A stretch of DNA of 46,128 bases. Source: Octopus bimaculoides. Its lineage: Eukaryota. The DNA is taken from contig NC_068981.1 of assembly GCF_001194135.2 (NCBI RefSeq), positions 44,466,741-44,512,868 of the forward strand, read 5' to 3'. The notes beneath the pieces were generated by a model, which saw only the letters and a program-made list of their open reading frames with translations, was not told the DNA's origin and made no database searches. Position numbers and translations under genes: made by a program. Below, in pieces: positions 24,250-36,247 of this stretch; the stretch's first letter is position 1, and every line of letters begins with the position of its first letter.

Positions 24250-25300
24250 CTGCCTCCTCCACTTCCCTTGAAACTTCTAAGAATGGTTCTGGTTCAGGAT
24301 ACAAGCTTCTATAGCTGTAAATTCTCCCGTTTTGAATTCTCCAATACAGTTAAAAAAAAAATGTTGTATATACGATTCAAAAGTATATATTTTTCTATCA
24401 GAATCGTCATGACCCAGCGTCGATATTACTGTTAATGATTGTACAATATACACTGAAACTCAATGTGGGCGTTGAATAATAGAGCAGTCATCTTCTAAAT
24501 TAAATCTCGTTGTCTGAGAGATGTACGAAATTTTCTTTCAAAATATTCAATACATTATTTATAAGACATACTCCTTCAGACAAATCGCAGTCATAACTTT
24601 CTTGTAATAAATTTGGTGCATCAAGAACTTTTGTAATATCTTGATGTAGAATGGCAATAATAATAAATTTTAGGCTAGTAATCTGTTTCAAAATTCCAGT
24701 TGCCTCAGTTCTCATGTCTATGTTAAAACTGTCGTGTTCTTCATTTCGAAACACTTCCACTATGTGTTCATGATTGGTACGTATAGCGGTAAGAGTTGCT
24801 AAATGTCCTGACCACTGTTGTTCCAATAAGCGCTTGAAATGTATACCATTATATGTAGTAAACCACTATAGTCTACGCAGAAGATATAAAGCATTTTGAG
24901 TAATATGAACAACCGCATTATACAAATTCCCAGACTTAGAGTCTTAGCACATAGTTAAAGCGATAAGACTTGTTGACATGCTCCTTGTTTTTACAAACCT
25001 CACAATTATTGAAATACTTTCGATATTAATAGGATAACTAGTCCTCTCAAATCTAATTGTGAAGAAAGCGATATTTGAATAACGAATATCATCACTTATT
25101 TGATTTAAAACAGCTCATAAGTTTTATAATTTCATTTTGTATAACAGCCGATGTATACGACATTGCTCGGCATCAGAGAAACTATTTACTTTAATTTGGT
25201 ATCTTTTGCAAGAGTATATTAAACGAGCCGTAAAAATAATCAAGTAACTTCATTTTCACTACCGCTGTCAAGACAGTCAATATTTTCATTGTAATCACTC
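24250..25300 (-). mobile_element. hAT-superfamily transposase remnant (DUF4371/ZMYM1-like type), internally deleted
   Basis: Ordered minus-strand peptides: LFLRLV*YTLAKDTKLK*IVSLMPSNVVY/SAVIQNEIIKLMS; FTIRFERTSYPINIESISIIVRFV; YNGIHFKRLLEQQWSGHLATLTAI...EATGILKQITSLKFII...LLQ...DLSEGVCLINNVL. Ends were not located. Confidence 0.75.
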
Positions 25301-27029
25301 CGGAGTGAAAGTTCATTAACATATACAAATACAATAACTTCTAAAATAGCTTATAAGTAATAACTACTTTTTTTCAGTTGATTTTTATTCACCATTGTAA
25401 ATGAATCCTGGTGCGTTACTCTGCCTTTCAGTTTTTACTGCAAAGTTTGAAAGTTTATTTATGTACGGCAGAATTACCATGTCTGCTAAAGCTTTTGCTT
25501 TATGGCAATGTGTTATTTAGTATGTCCTTCAACTTGAAAACTATTTCAGTAATCTGGCATGTACAAAAATGACGACAAAAAAGCAGAAAGCAGACTTAGA
25601 TTGAACTGGAAGTTCTAACAACTGTCTACCATGGGATAACGAAGAACAGAGGTTTCATATTTTTTTTTTACTGTATTGCTTAGGAGATGCGCTGGAACAG
25701 CACTCTAACTGACGGGGCTACACTATAATTTTGACTGACATGGCAACATATCTAATCCAGAAAAATCAAGTTAGGGCGATACTTGATCCGTAGGTTGCAT
25801 AATATCACCTGCTAAAGAGGTTACAAGATGATGTAATGTCACAGATTCACTTAAATGTGATTGATTTGAAATAGAAGAAATTTTCCCGGTTTCGTCATTT
25901 TCGCAGTTTTGGAAGTTTTAGAATTTCCGACCGAAAACATAGACAAGATTGATCTTTGTGGATTCATTGCTTTTTAATTTGAATAGAAAACAACTTTTGT
26001 AGCTCAAGCAAAACAAAATAAAATTACTTTAAAGAAAACTATTAATAGTTATTTTGAAAAATTGAGTGTTCATGCTTGTTTCGACTCTATATTTTTAAGC
26101 TATTGCATGATTTTGATCAGAGAAATAATGTATCATTTCACGTTATGAGGGCAAAATGTAATTATGGAAAATCTGCAGATCTTACCTTGTTCGATGACAA
26201 TCGCAGAAAGGACATCAAATTCTAACTGCTATCGGAATGAGACCCTAAGTGAAAATAACCAATTCCAATTTCTGTCCTTGCATATGTATGTGTGTGTGTT
26301 TATGCATATGTGTTTGTATATGTGTACATGTTTACATATACACATATGTGTGCGTGTACATATACATATATGTATGTTTGAGTGTGTGCATACATATACA
26401 TATACGTGTGTACACACATACATATATGCGTGTTTGTATGTGTGTGTGTGTATGTGTATATGTGCGCAATGATGTGTGCAGAATGTTGTTCTTGTTTACG
26501 GAGTTGTTAAGAAGCGTACGGTTTGTTTTCTGTGGGGAGTTTAATTGACCGGTGATTTTTTTGCAGAATATGAAGTTGGTCAGTATAGTCTAACTCGTAA
26601 CATTACGAACATCATTCTCGACATTTGTGTGTGTATGTGAGATAGCGTGTGTTTGTGTACAAGGGACCAGAGGTAGTTTCGATAAAGTATAAATGAATAA
26701 ATATATATATGTATGTATAAACTTGTACTCGTGTGAGTATGTAGGTACATATGTACATGTATTCTTCTGATACATTTCACCAATAATGTTTGTGGTTTTA
26801 TTTTCTAATGTTGTTACTGTTGTCGTTGTTGACGATGTTCTTCAGTTTTGCTTTTCTCCTTTCACTCAATATCATTTCTTCCTTTATCTAATACATTTGA
26901 CCAGCCTCTTTAATCATTATTTTAAGATGTTCTAGTACGAGAAGAAAAGTTAGTCATACTTTAAGAAAGGTATATAAGGAGGAATTTTGTAAATCGTATT
27001 TTCTGAATCTAGGGGAGTACCATTGAATA

Positions 27030-27290
27030 ATGGGATTGGGGTACAGTCCCCATAGCAACGGGCCCGACATGTAATATTTGATGCTGTAGAGACTGTGTTT
27101 GTCCGCAAACCCACAACTTGCCAAACAGTATTGATGTGTTTATGTTCCCGTAACTTGGTGGTTCAGCAAAATTGACGGATGGTATAAATACCAAGGATTA
27201 ACAAATGTACTGTGGTCGATAAGTACGACTAAAATTCTTCGAAGCTGTTCCACAACATGGCTTCACGCTGATGACTGGAACATATAGGCC
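27030..27290 (+). mobile_element. SINE family B, strongly diverged
   Basis: GTGTTTATGTTCCCGTAACTTGGTGGTTCAGCAAAA...GGTCGAT..GTACGACTAAA...CATGGC...ATGACTGGAAC matches the family-B tail. Confidence 0.7.
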
Positions 27291-27473
27291 ATAACAGATA
27301 ATAACAATAATAATTTACGTTCAACATCCTTAAACAACCCTTTTTGAGGGACCTTTTGAACGGGATGAGCTACTCAATCAGGAGAAAAATTCTAACTAGG
27401 CCCTACCTCCAAGAAAATACCAGGCCAACATATTAAAGAAAAGCAGTAGCCCAACGTGTCATGTTGGGCTACT

Positions 27474-27940
27474 ACTGAATTTGATGAAGAGCCTAAAACC
27501 ACTGCCACGAAAAATGCAAAACAGATCAAACGGACTGCAAAAAGAACCCGCAGAAACAAATTGACTAAAGGTGGAACCAGAAACCTCTCCACGGACAGTA
27601 TATACTTCGAAGCCGAAATGGTGATGTACACAAAGCAACAACCCATCAGTGGCTGAGAAACTTGGGACTGAAAGCAGAGACTAACAGTTTCATATTGGCA
27701 GCACAAGATCAAAGTTTGCTTATCAAAAACTACCAGGCTCACGTTCTTCAAACGCTTCTGACCCTTAAATGGGATTCTGTGATGAATTTGATGAAGCAAT
27801 AAACCATCTCGATTTTGGATGTCCTGTGCTGACACTAAACGAATGCAAAATCGCCATGTTAGTGTAGGATTGTATTTGCATTGAAAAATATGTAAACACT
27901 ACAAAATCAGCACTCCTGCCTACCGGTATAAACATCATTT
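27474..27940 (+). mobile_element. Non-LTR retrotransposon fragment, R4/Dong-like (post-RT region plus CCHC zinc knuckle), degenerate
   Basis: RWNQKPLHGQY...THQWLRNLGLKAETNSFILAAQDQSLLIKNYQAHVL, then after a frameshift ..FCDEFDEAINHLDFGCPVL...NRHVSVGLYLH*KICKHYKI. These motifs are typical of RLE-type R4-clade elements. Confidence 0.8.
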
Positions 27941-28119
27941 GACTCATTAATATCTCTTCTGTACTAGTAGGAATACTCATTTTCCAGGGATCACTAGAAA
28001 GAAGCAATATTGAAAATTGTATGTTTCACTCATAACAACCCTCGATCTCTCAAACTCTGTTGCTTACATCGCATTACAAATTATTTATTGTTGTTATTAC
28101 ATATATTTCTTTGGTAGTT

Positions 28120-28345
28120 AAGGCGGCGGCGAACTGGCAGAATCGTCATGACGTCGGGTAAACAACTTAGCAATAGTTCTTCCATCTTCACATCCTGAGT
28201 TCAAAAAGTTTACAGTGGTCGACTTTGCATTTCATCCTTTCGCGGTGGATAAAATAAGTGCCAGTTGAGTATTGGGACCGATGTAATTAACTTACATCCT
28301 CCTCCGAAATTACTGGGCTTTAGCTAAAATTTCAAGCCAATGTTT
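28120..28345 (+). mobile_element. SINE family A
   Basis: AAGGCGGCGGCGAACTGGCAGAATCG...GGTCGACTTTGCATTTCATCCTTTCG...AAAATTTCAAGCCAAT. Confidence 0.83.
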
Positions 28346-28669
28346 CGCTGTTAGGTACAGTACGTTTCGAATGATTCAATTTGACGTTTATAAATGTTAA
28401 AAATTTTATGATTTATTACAGGATTAAATTTAGCCTAATTTTCCGAACCCCCCTCCCATTTCTCCAGTGTTATTCGTGTTTGCATGTTCTTTCTCCGTCA
28501 TAAAATAAAACTACAAAGCTTAACTTTATGACGGTATGGATTTAGTGTGTAGTGGTTCTGTGCTGAAAAAGATCTAAACAAATTTATATTTTATTCAGAC
28601 GTTCTTGGTAAATATCCAAAGTTCTAAGAGTGAAATGAAGACACATTTACCGCTGGCAACTTTTGGTAG

Positions 28670-28866
28670 CTTTAGCAGCAACGGTAACTGTAATTGCAAG
28701 AAGTAGTAGTAGCAGTAGCAGCAGCAGTTTCTGTTATAGTAGTAATGGTGGAGGTAGTGGTTTCAGTAGTAATAGTACTGACAGTTGTGGCAGCAGCAGT
28801 GGTCTTACAAGTAGTAGAGATTGTAGTTGTCATTGCAGTTGTGGTCGTGGTGGTAGTAGTAGTAAA
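28670..28866. repeat. Degenerate AGT/AGC/GTG trinucleotide low-complexity tract
   Basis: Read directly from the sequence. It explains the Ser-, Val- and Thr-rich ORFs. Confidence 0.9.
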
Positions 28867-31321
28867 ATCGGAGGGGAAAAACAAGAGAAAATGTAATACA
28901 ACACACACATATCAACACCAAGCCAGAGACATTATGAAACAGAAACATACGAATCATTTCATATTTAATGTACTGCCTAAAAGGCTGAGGATGGGACACC
29001 TATCGACCTACCAAAATGTGTGAATCTTTTTTACTTTGCAACAATACAAAAAAGCCTTTTTTTCCAATTTGAGATTTGTTATCAGTAAACCCTATAATGT
29101 CGTCCTTGCTAATTAAATTAGCAGCTATAATGCTTTGGGTAACAATGATTGTAATATTTATAATAAATTGTAATATCCGAGAACATTTCGTGGTGAAACT
29201 GAAAATTGTAAGATAAAATTGTACATTTTTCTGAAGAATTTGAAATGTAAAAGTACACATTGGTTGTATTGAAATGCAACCTCAAGAACAAAATCTCTGA
29301 AAGCTATATTGTTTGGTCTTATACTTTGCTGGTTGTTTTCTATTATTTCTTTTACTTTACATCAAGAAGTTAGCAATATCAATTATGGATCAAAGTCGAA
29401 AACAATAATTTTATTATTATTCTGAAACTGTACGTCGGTTAAGTTTTAACAATTCTTAATACGGTTATTTGAAATAAAAAATATAAGATTGTTGGAAGTT
29501 TTAACTGAACCATGAAAAACAATGTATTTTGAAAGCGTAGCTTTTCCATCTTGAGATTCTACAAAGTCTACGTGAGCAATATTGAAGTTGAAGTAGTTGG
29601 AGAAAACTATATATATTGTAACAAAATTGTCATCTCTTTTACCCTAAAAGTTGTAAACTGTTATTTCTATCATTCCATTAAGGACTGAAAGTACCCTCGT
29701 AAGCGTATGAGACAATACTGTGTCAAGTATTTTCGTAACTCCATTGTACAATATATTATCAAAATAATTTAAAATAGTTTCCAAAAATTACGTATGGAAC
29801 AAATGCTTAAAGCAACTTTAACGATGAAGTGAATACAAACATATTTTGTATGATATATTATTATGCCCTGTCTATCGTAGTAGTACTTTACCAAATCTCA
29901 ATATTCTTTAAATGGACATGTAGTAATCCCTTAGACGTTGTCAAGAAAGTCAACCATTATCACTTATATATATATATATATATATNNNNNNNNNNNNNNN
30001 NNNNNNNNNNNNNNNNNNNNNNNNNNNNNNNNNNNNNNNNNNNNNNNNNNNNNNNNNNNNNNNNNNNNNNNNNNNNNNNNNNNNNNNNNNNNNNNNNTAT
30101 GTATATATATTTATACACATAGAAAATATTTTGTTGTAAGTTATCGCCAGTTGGTGAATAGATAAACATGAAGAAGAATTATTTCGAAAAAAAAATATAT
30201 CACTTTATTTTCATTTGAATTAACGCTAGTATACTATTTATTTAATGAATACGGTTTGCAAAGTAATCAAATCAGTATAAATCAATAATTAATGACAACG
30301 TAATCATTAACCGGTGCAGATATGTAATTGTTTCAGTATTGTATCAGTTGAATCATTATACTGTTTGCTATCGTTATTATAATGTTATGCCATTAGTTTA
30401 GGACTTTCTTTATATACAATAGTTTAATTTTTTTTTTTTACATTGTTCTCCTTCCATTTTGATATTACCAAATTCTTCCAACACCAGTTAGTTTTCTGGC
30501 TTTAGGGAAGGTAACGAATTCCTGCCTACACATAAATTCTTGTTCAGGTACGAAAACCTCTATCTTTGACCCCTAGATTTATAAATTGACCTTGAGTAAT
30601 CTATAACAGGAAACTCAATCCCTTGTGACGCAAAAGGTCAACTTGTTGTGCCTAGAGTAGAAAACAAAGGGTCACTTTGTTACGGAGAGTATCAGTTAAA
30701 CTTTAGGTATCAGCGTTCTCCCACAATGCACAGTTCCACTTATTTGGAAACGTTTACAACATTTAAAATCTAATGAAACTATACGATTTCTAGTTTTCTT
30801 CAACTAGAAAGCCTTAGTTATTGCGCAATACCATTACAGCTACTTCAATTTTAAAATCTAAGTTGTTGTGGCATTCCAGATGGGGTAATTGACATTGATA
30901 CTTTCATTGTGTTGCATTCTGTATTTGCCCGATCGTTTTACAAACAATTTGATCTAGACTAAGTTATTTTTCATCATTTCATGGTAGACGTTCTAAAATC
31001 TCCACAAGTAAAGAAATACATCCTAGATATGTTAGTTCTCTTTCTGTAATGCTTCTCTGAAATAATATTATTTACTACAGAATCTTCAATGCATATATAG
31101 CATAGTACTTCAAAATTATCTGTTGTTAATTCAGATGTAATACGAGTGGTAACATTTCAAGCAGAAACAACTTATATACAGGGATCCTTTGTTTTCATTT
31201 CTCTCATATTTTGAGTCAGACAATATATTCTGAAATTCTGCGGCGGATGTGATCGTTGAAAGCATATATGAATAGCAGCGATCTTTCCTGTTTGTGGAAG
31301 AATAGCTATAACTTGTCTGTA

Positions 31322-31393
31322 ACCACCCACCACTACCACCACCACCACCACCACTACCACCACCACCACTACCACCACCACCACCACCACAAC
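31322..31393. repeat. (ACC/ACT)n trinucleotide repeat
   Basis: Read directly from the sequence. Confidence 0.95.
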
Positions 31394-31669
31394 GACTAAG
31401 ATGAAAGTTACACAAAAAACAGTGCTGATACCAATAATATTGGGAAGGACTTTGGCGATGATATGAATGGAAAAAGTTCGGTGTCATAGTTGCTCTATCA
31501 ATGAAGATAAAAATCTGATGTCTTAAGAGCAGGCTTTCTCAGCGATAAGTAATATATTACAATTATCGACATTGTCCTAAGCGTTCGTAAATACAAATTA
31601 AAATCCAACAAGAACAAAGATAAAAAAAATAACATCAACAACAAAGATATCAATAAATAACAACAATAA

Positions 31670-31850
31670 TGGCTTCGAATTTTTGCACAAGGCCAGCAAA
31701 TTCGGTGACAGAGTAGTCAATTACCTCTACATCAGAGATAAACTATTATTTTGTCATTCCGGAAAGGATTAAAGACCAAGCTAAAAATGGACAAATTACC
31801 GATAAGAATTTTGCCAGACGTACTAGCGGTTCTGGTAGTTCAACACCTTA
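31670..31850 (-). mobile_element. SINE family A, diverged
   Basis: Reverse complement begins TAAGGTGTTGAACTACCAGAACCGCTAGTACG, contains TTTAATCCTTTCCGG and ends GGCCTTGTGCAAAAATTCGAAGCC. Confidence 0.7.
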
Positions 31851-32827
31851 ATGATGCTAATAACTCAGAACGTAAAGACGAACAAAATGCTGCTAAGCAT
31901 TTGTCCGGATGAAATAGATCTTGTTGTATCATTTGTAGTTATAAGTCGACCATTGAATACATTTAGACAACTAACTAGTCGATTTGTGTATAAATATTTC
32001 GATAAATCAATCAATCAATCAGCTAGATGAGTTTTGCATTCCTTTGAAGCACTTCACAGTATCATCAAGAACATGTACTTACTGCTGGAAACGTGGTTCT
32101 AGATAGGTGTGTGATAACAAGAAATGAAATGAAACGGAATCAGTACGCTGTTTTTATTATTGGCATAATCACTTCGGAAATATAACAAAAGATATGTAGT
32201 TTAAATTCCTTCCCTAAATTTAACTAATTGGAATTCAACACCACTGCCCCATGCTTCTTTCTGCTACTTTCTTCCTTTCCATTCATGTCGCCTGAACCTA
32301 GCCAACATCATTATCCGATAAAATTTGCATATCTGTTTAATTTTTTCTGATTTCATCATTCAATAAAACAAAATTAATTTAACCATTCTCCTGTTGAACG
32401 CTCACTAAATCAACGTTCCACACATCATGTAAACATACCAGCAGATCTGAGTTTCTTAAATTTTTGCAGCAATAAATCTATGCACGCCCGTTTAAGATAA
32501 GGAATTTCTTTTCTCAGACTTAACTTCCCGTTCATGCATTCCTTGTTTTTATATGCATACCTCCACATTAAAAATACACAACACTTTTGCTGTTTTGATT
32601 ACTGAGACGCACTGATATAAGGCTCACATATATACTGTTTTAGATCTACGATTCACATTGAAGAAAATTTAAAATATATATTATTAACCCATTCTATACT
32701 TAGAGAGTGTCTATCATATATCCTTGACGTGAAGATAAGTAACATCAGCTGTGTAAAGGCTGCGCATTCATAAAGTTTTCATATGTACATTAGCTTCTGA
32801 AAAATGTACATGCCCTGCAATAAATGT

Positions 32828-33681
32828 AGAGTACAGCTCCCAAAATTACTGCAGAGCTTAATGACCAGCTTGAGAACTCACTTTTGACAAAACCTGTTCA
32901 CCGGGAGCTGTACAAAGCTGGATTTCATGGGAGGGCTGCAATTCAAAAAACCATTACATTCAAAAACAAACGTTGCAAAGTTATTTAGAGTGGAGGAAAA
33001 ACCTACTCAATTGGTCCCTAGAGCAGTGGGAAAATGTTATTTTCTCGGACGAGTCATCCTTTACCTTGTTTCTGACCACTGACCGAGTATACGCTTGGAG
33101 ACAGCCAAAATAAGCATTTAACTCAGAGTACATTCTTCCAACTGTAAAACATGGGGTGACCTGTGATGATCTGGTGGAGTTGGGGCTATATATTGACAAT
33201 CTACCGACCCATATGTTTTCCCTTCATGACAGAGTTAATAGTCAAGACTATTTATACATTGTATCTGATCAATTTCATCCTATGGTTGTAGAACTGTTTG
33301 CGGAGGGAAGCGCAACTTTTCAGGATGATAATGTACCAACTCACACATACAAAGTTGTTACTGAAGGGCACGAGGAACATCTAGTGAAGTTGAACATCTT
33401 ATCTGGCCACCACAGTCCCCAAATCTCAATATTATTGAACATTTATGGTTCATTTTAGAAAAACAAGTAAGGAGTCGATATCCTCCACCATCAACACTAC
33501 AAAACCTGGAGACTGTTTTACCTGAAGAATGGACAAAAATTCCTTTGGAAACAATTCAAACATTGTAAGAGTCCATACTTCGTGGAATTCAAGCTGTAAT
33601 TACTGCCAAAGGTGGTCCTACCCCTTATTAAAAGAGATTTGTTTGAAATTTTAAGGTTTCCATTATTTTGCCCAACCCCTG
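32828..33681 (+). mobile_element. Second copy of the same Tc1-type family: transposase 3' two-thirds plus right TIR, left end missing
   Basis: Collinear with 6660-7257 (FSDESSF, QDDNVPTH, SPNLNIIEHLW). Ends GGTTTCCATTATTTTGCCCAACCCCTG, the inverse of the TIR at 6243. Confidence 0.93.
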
Positions 33682-33785
33682 AGCGTCAAAGTAATACACT
33701 TGCTTGATGTTCATACACCTGTCTTCGTATTTTGCTATTTTTTATAAATTTCATCTCCACACACACACACACGCACGCACAAACA

Positions 33786-33820
<35 letters not shown>

Positions 33821-33884
33821 TGTCTAGAGGTAACTCAGGCTCATCCGTAGAATGTTAAAATTCAGACAATTTTAGCAATTTATT

Positions 33885-34201
33885 GCGGAGGTGGGAGGCT
33901 TAATATTTAGAGTATTCGCCTCATGATAATAATAATGTTAGTTCCATTCGTTGTGGAGCTTGTTTGGGTCCTTAAGCATGATACTTTGTTTCACGCAGTT
34001 CCAGTCCATTCAGTTAGACAACATAGTTTTTAACTATAACTGAAAGAACTAGACTTGTCACATTCTGTGTCATGCTGAATCTCTCTGAGAATTACGTTGA
34101 CAGCGTGCGTGTTATTGGGGTGGTCAGGCACTTTCACGTTAATTTCAGGAGCAGACAGTTCTATTCATCGGAGCTGGAAGAACAGTCATCGTCGTAACCG
34201 A
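33885..34201 (+). mobile_element. Diverged SINE with family-D-like head/centre and family-C-like tail
   Basis: 5' part resembles 22390-22520; 3' part (GTCACATTCTGTGTCATGCTGAATC...CACGTTAATTTCAGGAGCAG...CGTCGTAACCG) resembles 22030-22165. Confidence 0.65.
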
Positions 34202-35433
34202 TGAAATGTCAGAGTAATTTATTGTATTCTCGAAAATATCTATATCGATATTTTGTTACTTCCAGAAGGCTTAACAACATTTTGTAATAAGCTCATGTTG
34301 AGTATAATATATCCCGACATCGCGATTCCTCTACTTTACTACCTAATGGGCTTCACCTGACTCCAGCTTTATTTAATCTATATCGTATCAGACACTAAAG
34401 CAAATCAATTCAAATATGTGTAAAATGACCGGCTGGAATGAAGCACATGCAAGAGCCGAGTGTTTATGATCAGAGGGCCATTACCGATTAGTAGACGCCG
34501 TTTAGTCACGCGCTCTGCGGGGGAACAGACACAGTCATACACACAGAACAACACACACACTTACACACACGCATATATAATGCCTCTAGCAATGGTCGTT
34601 CATACGAACGACATAAATGTTCCCTCACATCATATGGTAGGGTTAGAAATTTGTAATTTAAATTGAGGAATACCCGAAAGAAATGCATAGTGTTTATGCA
34701 TTTGATACTTTTTTATATCATTTACGAATTTCTTAAAATTATTTGTTGGTGATAACGAGGTATAGTACTAAATCATCCGTTCTATATATGTTTAACCTGT
34801 TCTTGTTGAAATTCCAATGAAATAGCCTTGTTTATAGATTAGAAACCGCCTCTTTCTCTATTGGCAAGAAATCTTGAAATAAAACTGATAATGGCATACA
34901 TATATATGTCTGTGGCTATGTCAGTGTGGCGTAAAATAATTGTTTCACAATTAATGATTATTGAACATTGCTGTGTAAATTATACAAGCATTTATTTATC
35001 GAACTTCGGTTTTTACATTTTTAAAAAAGTTTGTTACTTCTCGTCCATCACTATGTAATTGCCAAATCACTCACAATAATTCTAATTTATTCAGATATCC
35101 GGAGGAAAAAGTCTTAACACTTCCGAGAACCAAAACATTGGAATGTTTTTATTTTAATCCATATGTAGATACCATTATATGAAAAGTCTTATGAACGCGT
35201 ATACCACCAACTACATACCATAACTACCACTGCATCGTTGACATAACCTCATATTTTGGTAGGCCCTAATCGATATTCCTTTTTGTTCCATTACGCATGT
35301 GTTCTTTTGACACTAGATATTTCCATAATGACCAGATTAAGTAAGAGAATTTCTGAATACGATTAATTTATACTGAATACAGAATATAGCATTTCAAACT
35401 GATTCCCTGGTATATTCATGGTCATTGTGCAAT

Positions 35434-35469
<36 letters not shown>

Positions 35470-35860
35470 NNNNNNNNNNNNNNNNNNNNNNNNNNNNNNN
35501 NNNNNNNNNNNNNNNNNNNNNNNNNNNNNNNNNNNNNNNNNNNNNNNNNNNNNNNNNNNNNNNNNNNNNNNNNNNNNNNNNNNNNNNNNNNNNNNNNNNN
35601 NNNNNNNNNNNNNNNNNNNNNNNNNNNNNNNNNNNNNNNNNNNNNNNNNNNNNNNNNNNNNNNNNNNNNNNNNNNNNNNNNNNNNNNNNNNNNNNNNNNN
35701 NNNNNNNNNNNNNNNNNNNNNNNNNNNNNNNNNNNNNNNNNNNNNNNNNNNNNNNNNNNNNNNNNNNNNNNNNNNNNNNNNNNNNNNNNNNNNNNNNNNN
35801 NNNNNNNNNNNNNNNNNNNNNNNNNNNNNNNNNNNNNNNNNNNNNNNNNNATATATATAC

Positions 35861-35906
<46 letters not shown>

Positions 35907-36206
35907 ACACCTTTATATGTGCATATATCTATATGCAAGTACATATGGACACGAAAATATGTGTATTAGAATTGGCAGCTCACATCTATTTATCCGAGGT
36001 GCACGTTCCCGATCATCAGATTGGATACGAAGTGTGCATTTCAGATCCAGTCTGTTGGTTGAGAACGCGAATTTCCAATAACCATACGTGAGGTGCCAAC
36101 TCTAATAGTCGTTAATAATTCCCCCTTCTTGACACTGGGTATTGTTTTGAACGCCTTGTCTGTATATGCATACGCTATAGACACATGGGCATGAATGCAT
36201 ATATAC

Positions 36207-36247
<41 letters not shown>

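Noticed and set aside
26187-26245. Minus-strand exon-like segment with good acceptor and AAG|GTAAGA donor
   Set aside because: Stops in all three frames from the best acceptor.
6241-33681. A single 27-kb composite transposon bounded by the two surviving TIRs
   Set aside because: The copies overlap internally and are independently decayed, and the right TIR is followed by AG rather than TA. Two separate insertions is simpler.
34494-34523. 30-nt minus-strand microexon candidate (ERVTKRRLLI)
   Set aside because: The acceptor and sequence look like a diverged family-B SINE tail/linker junction.
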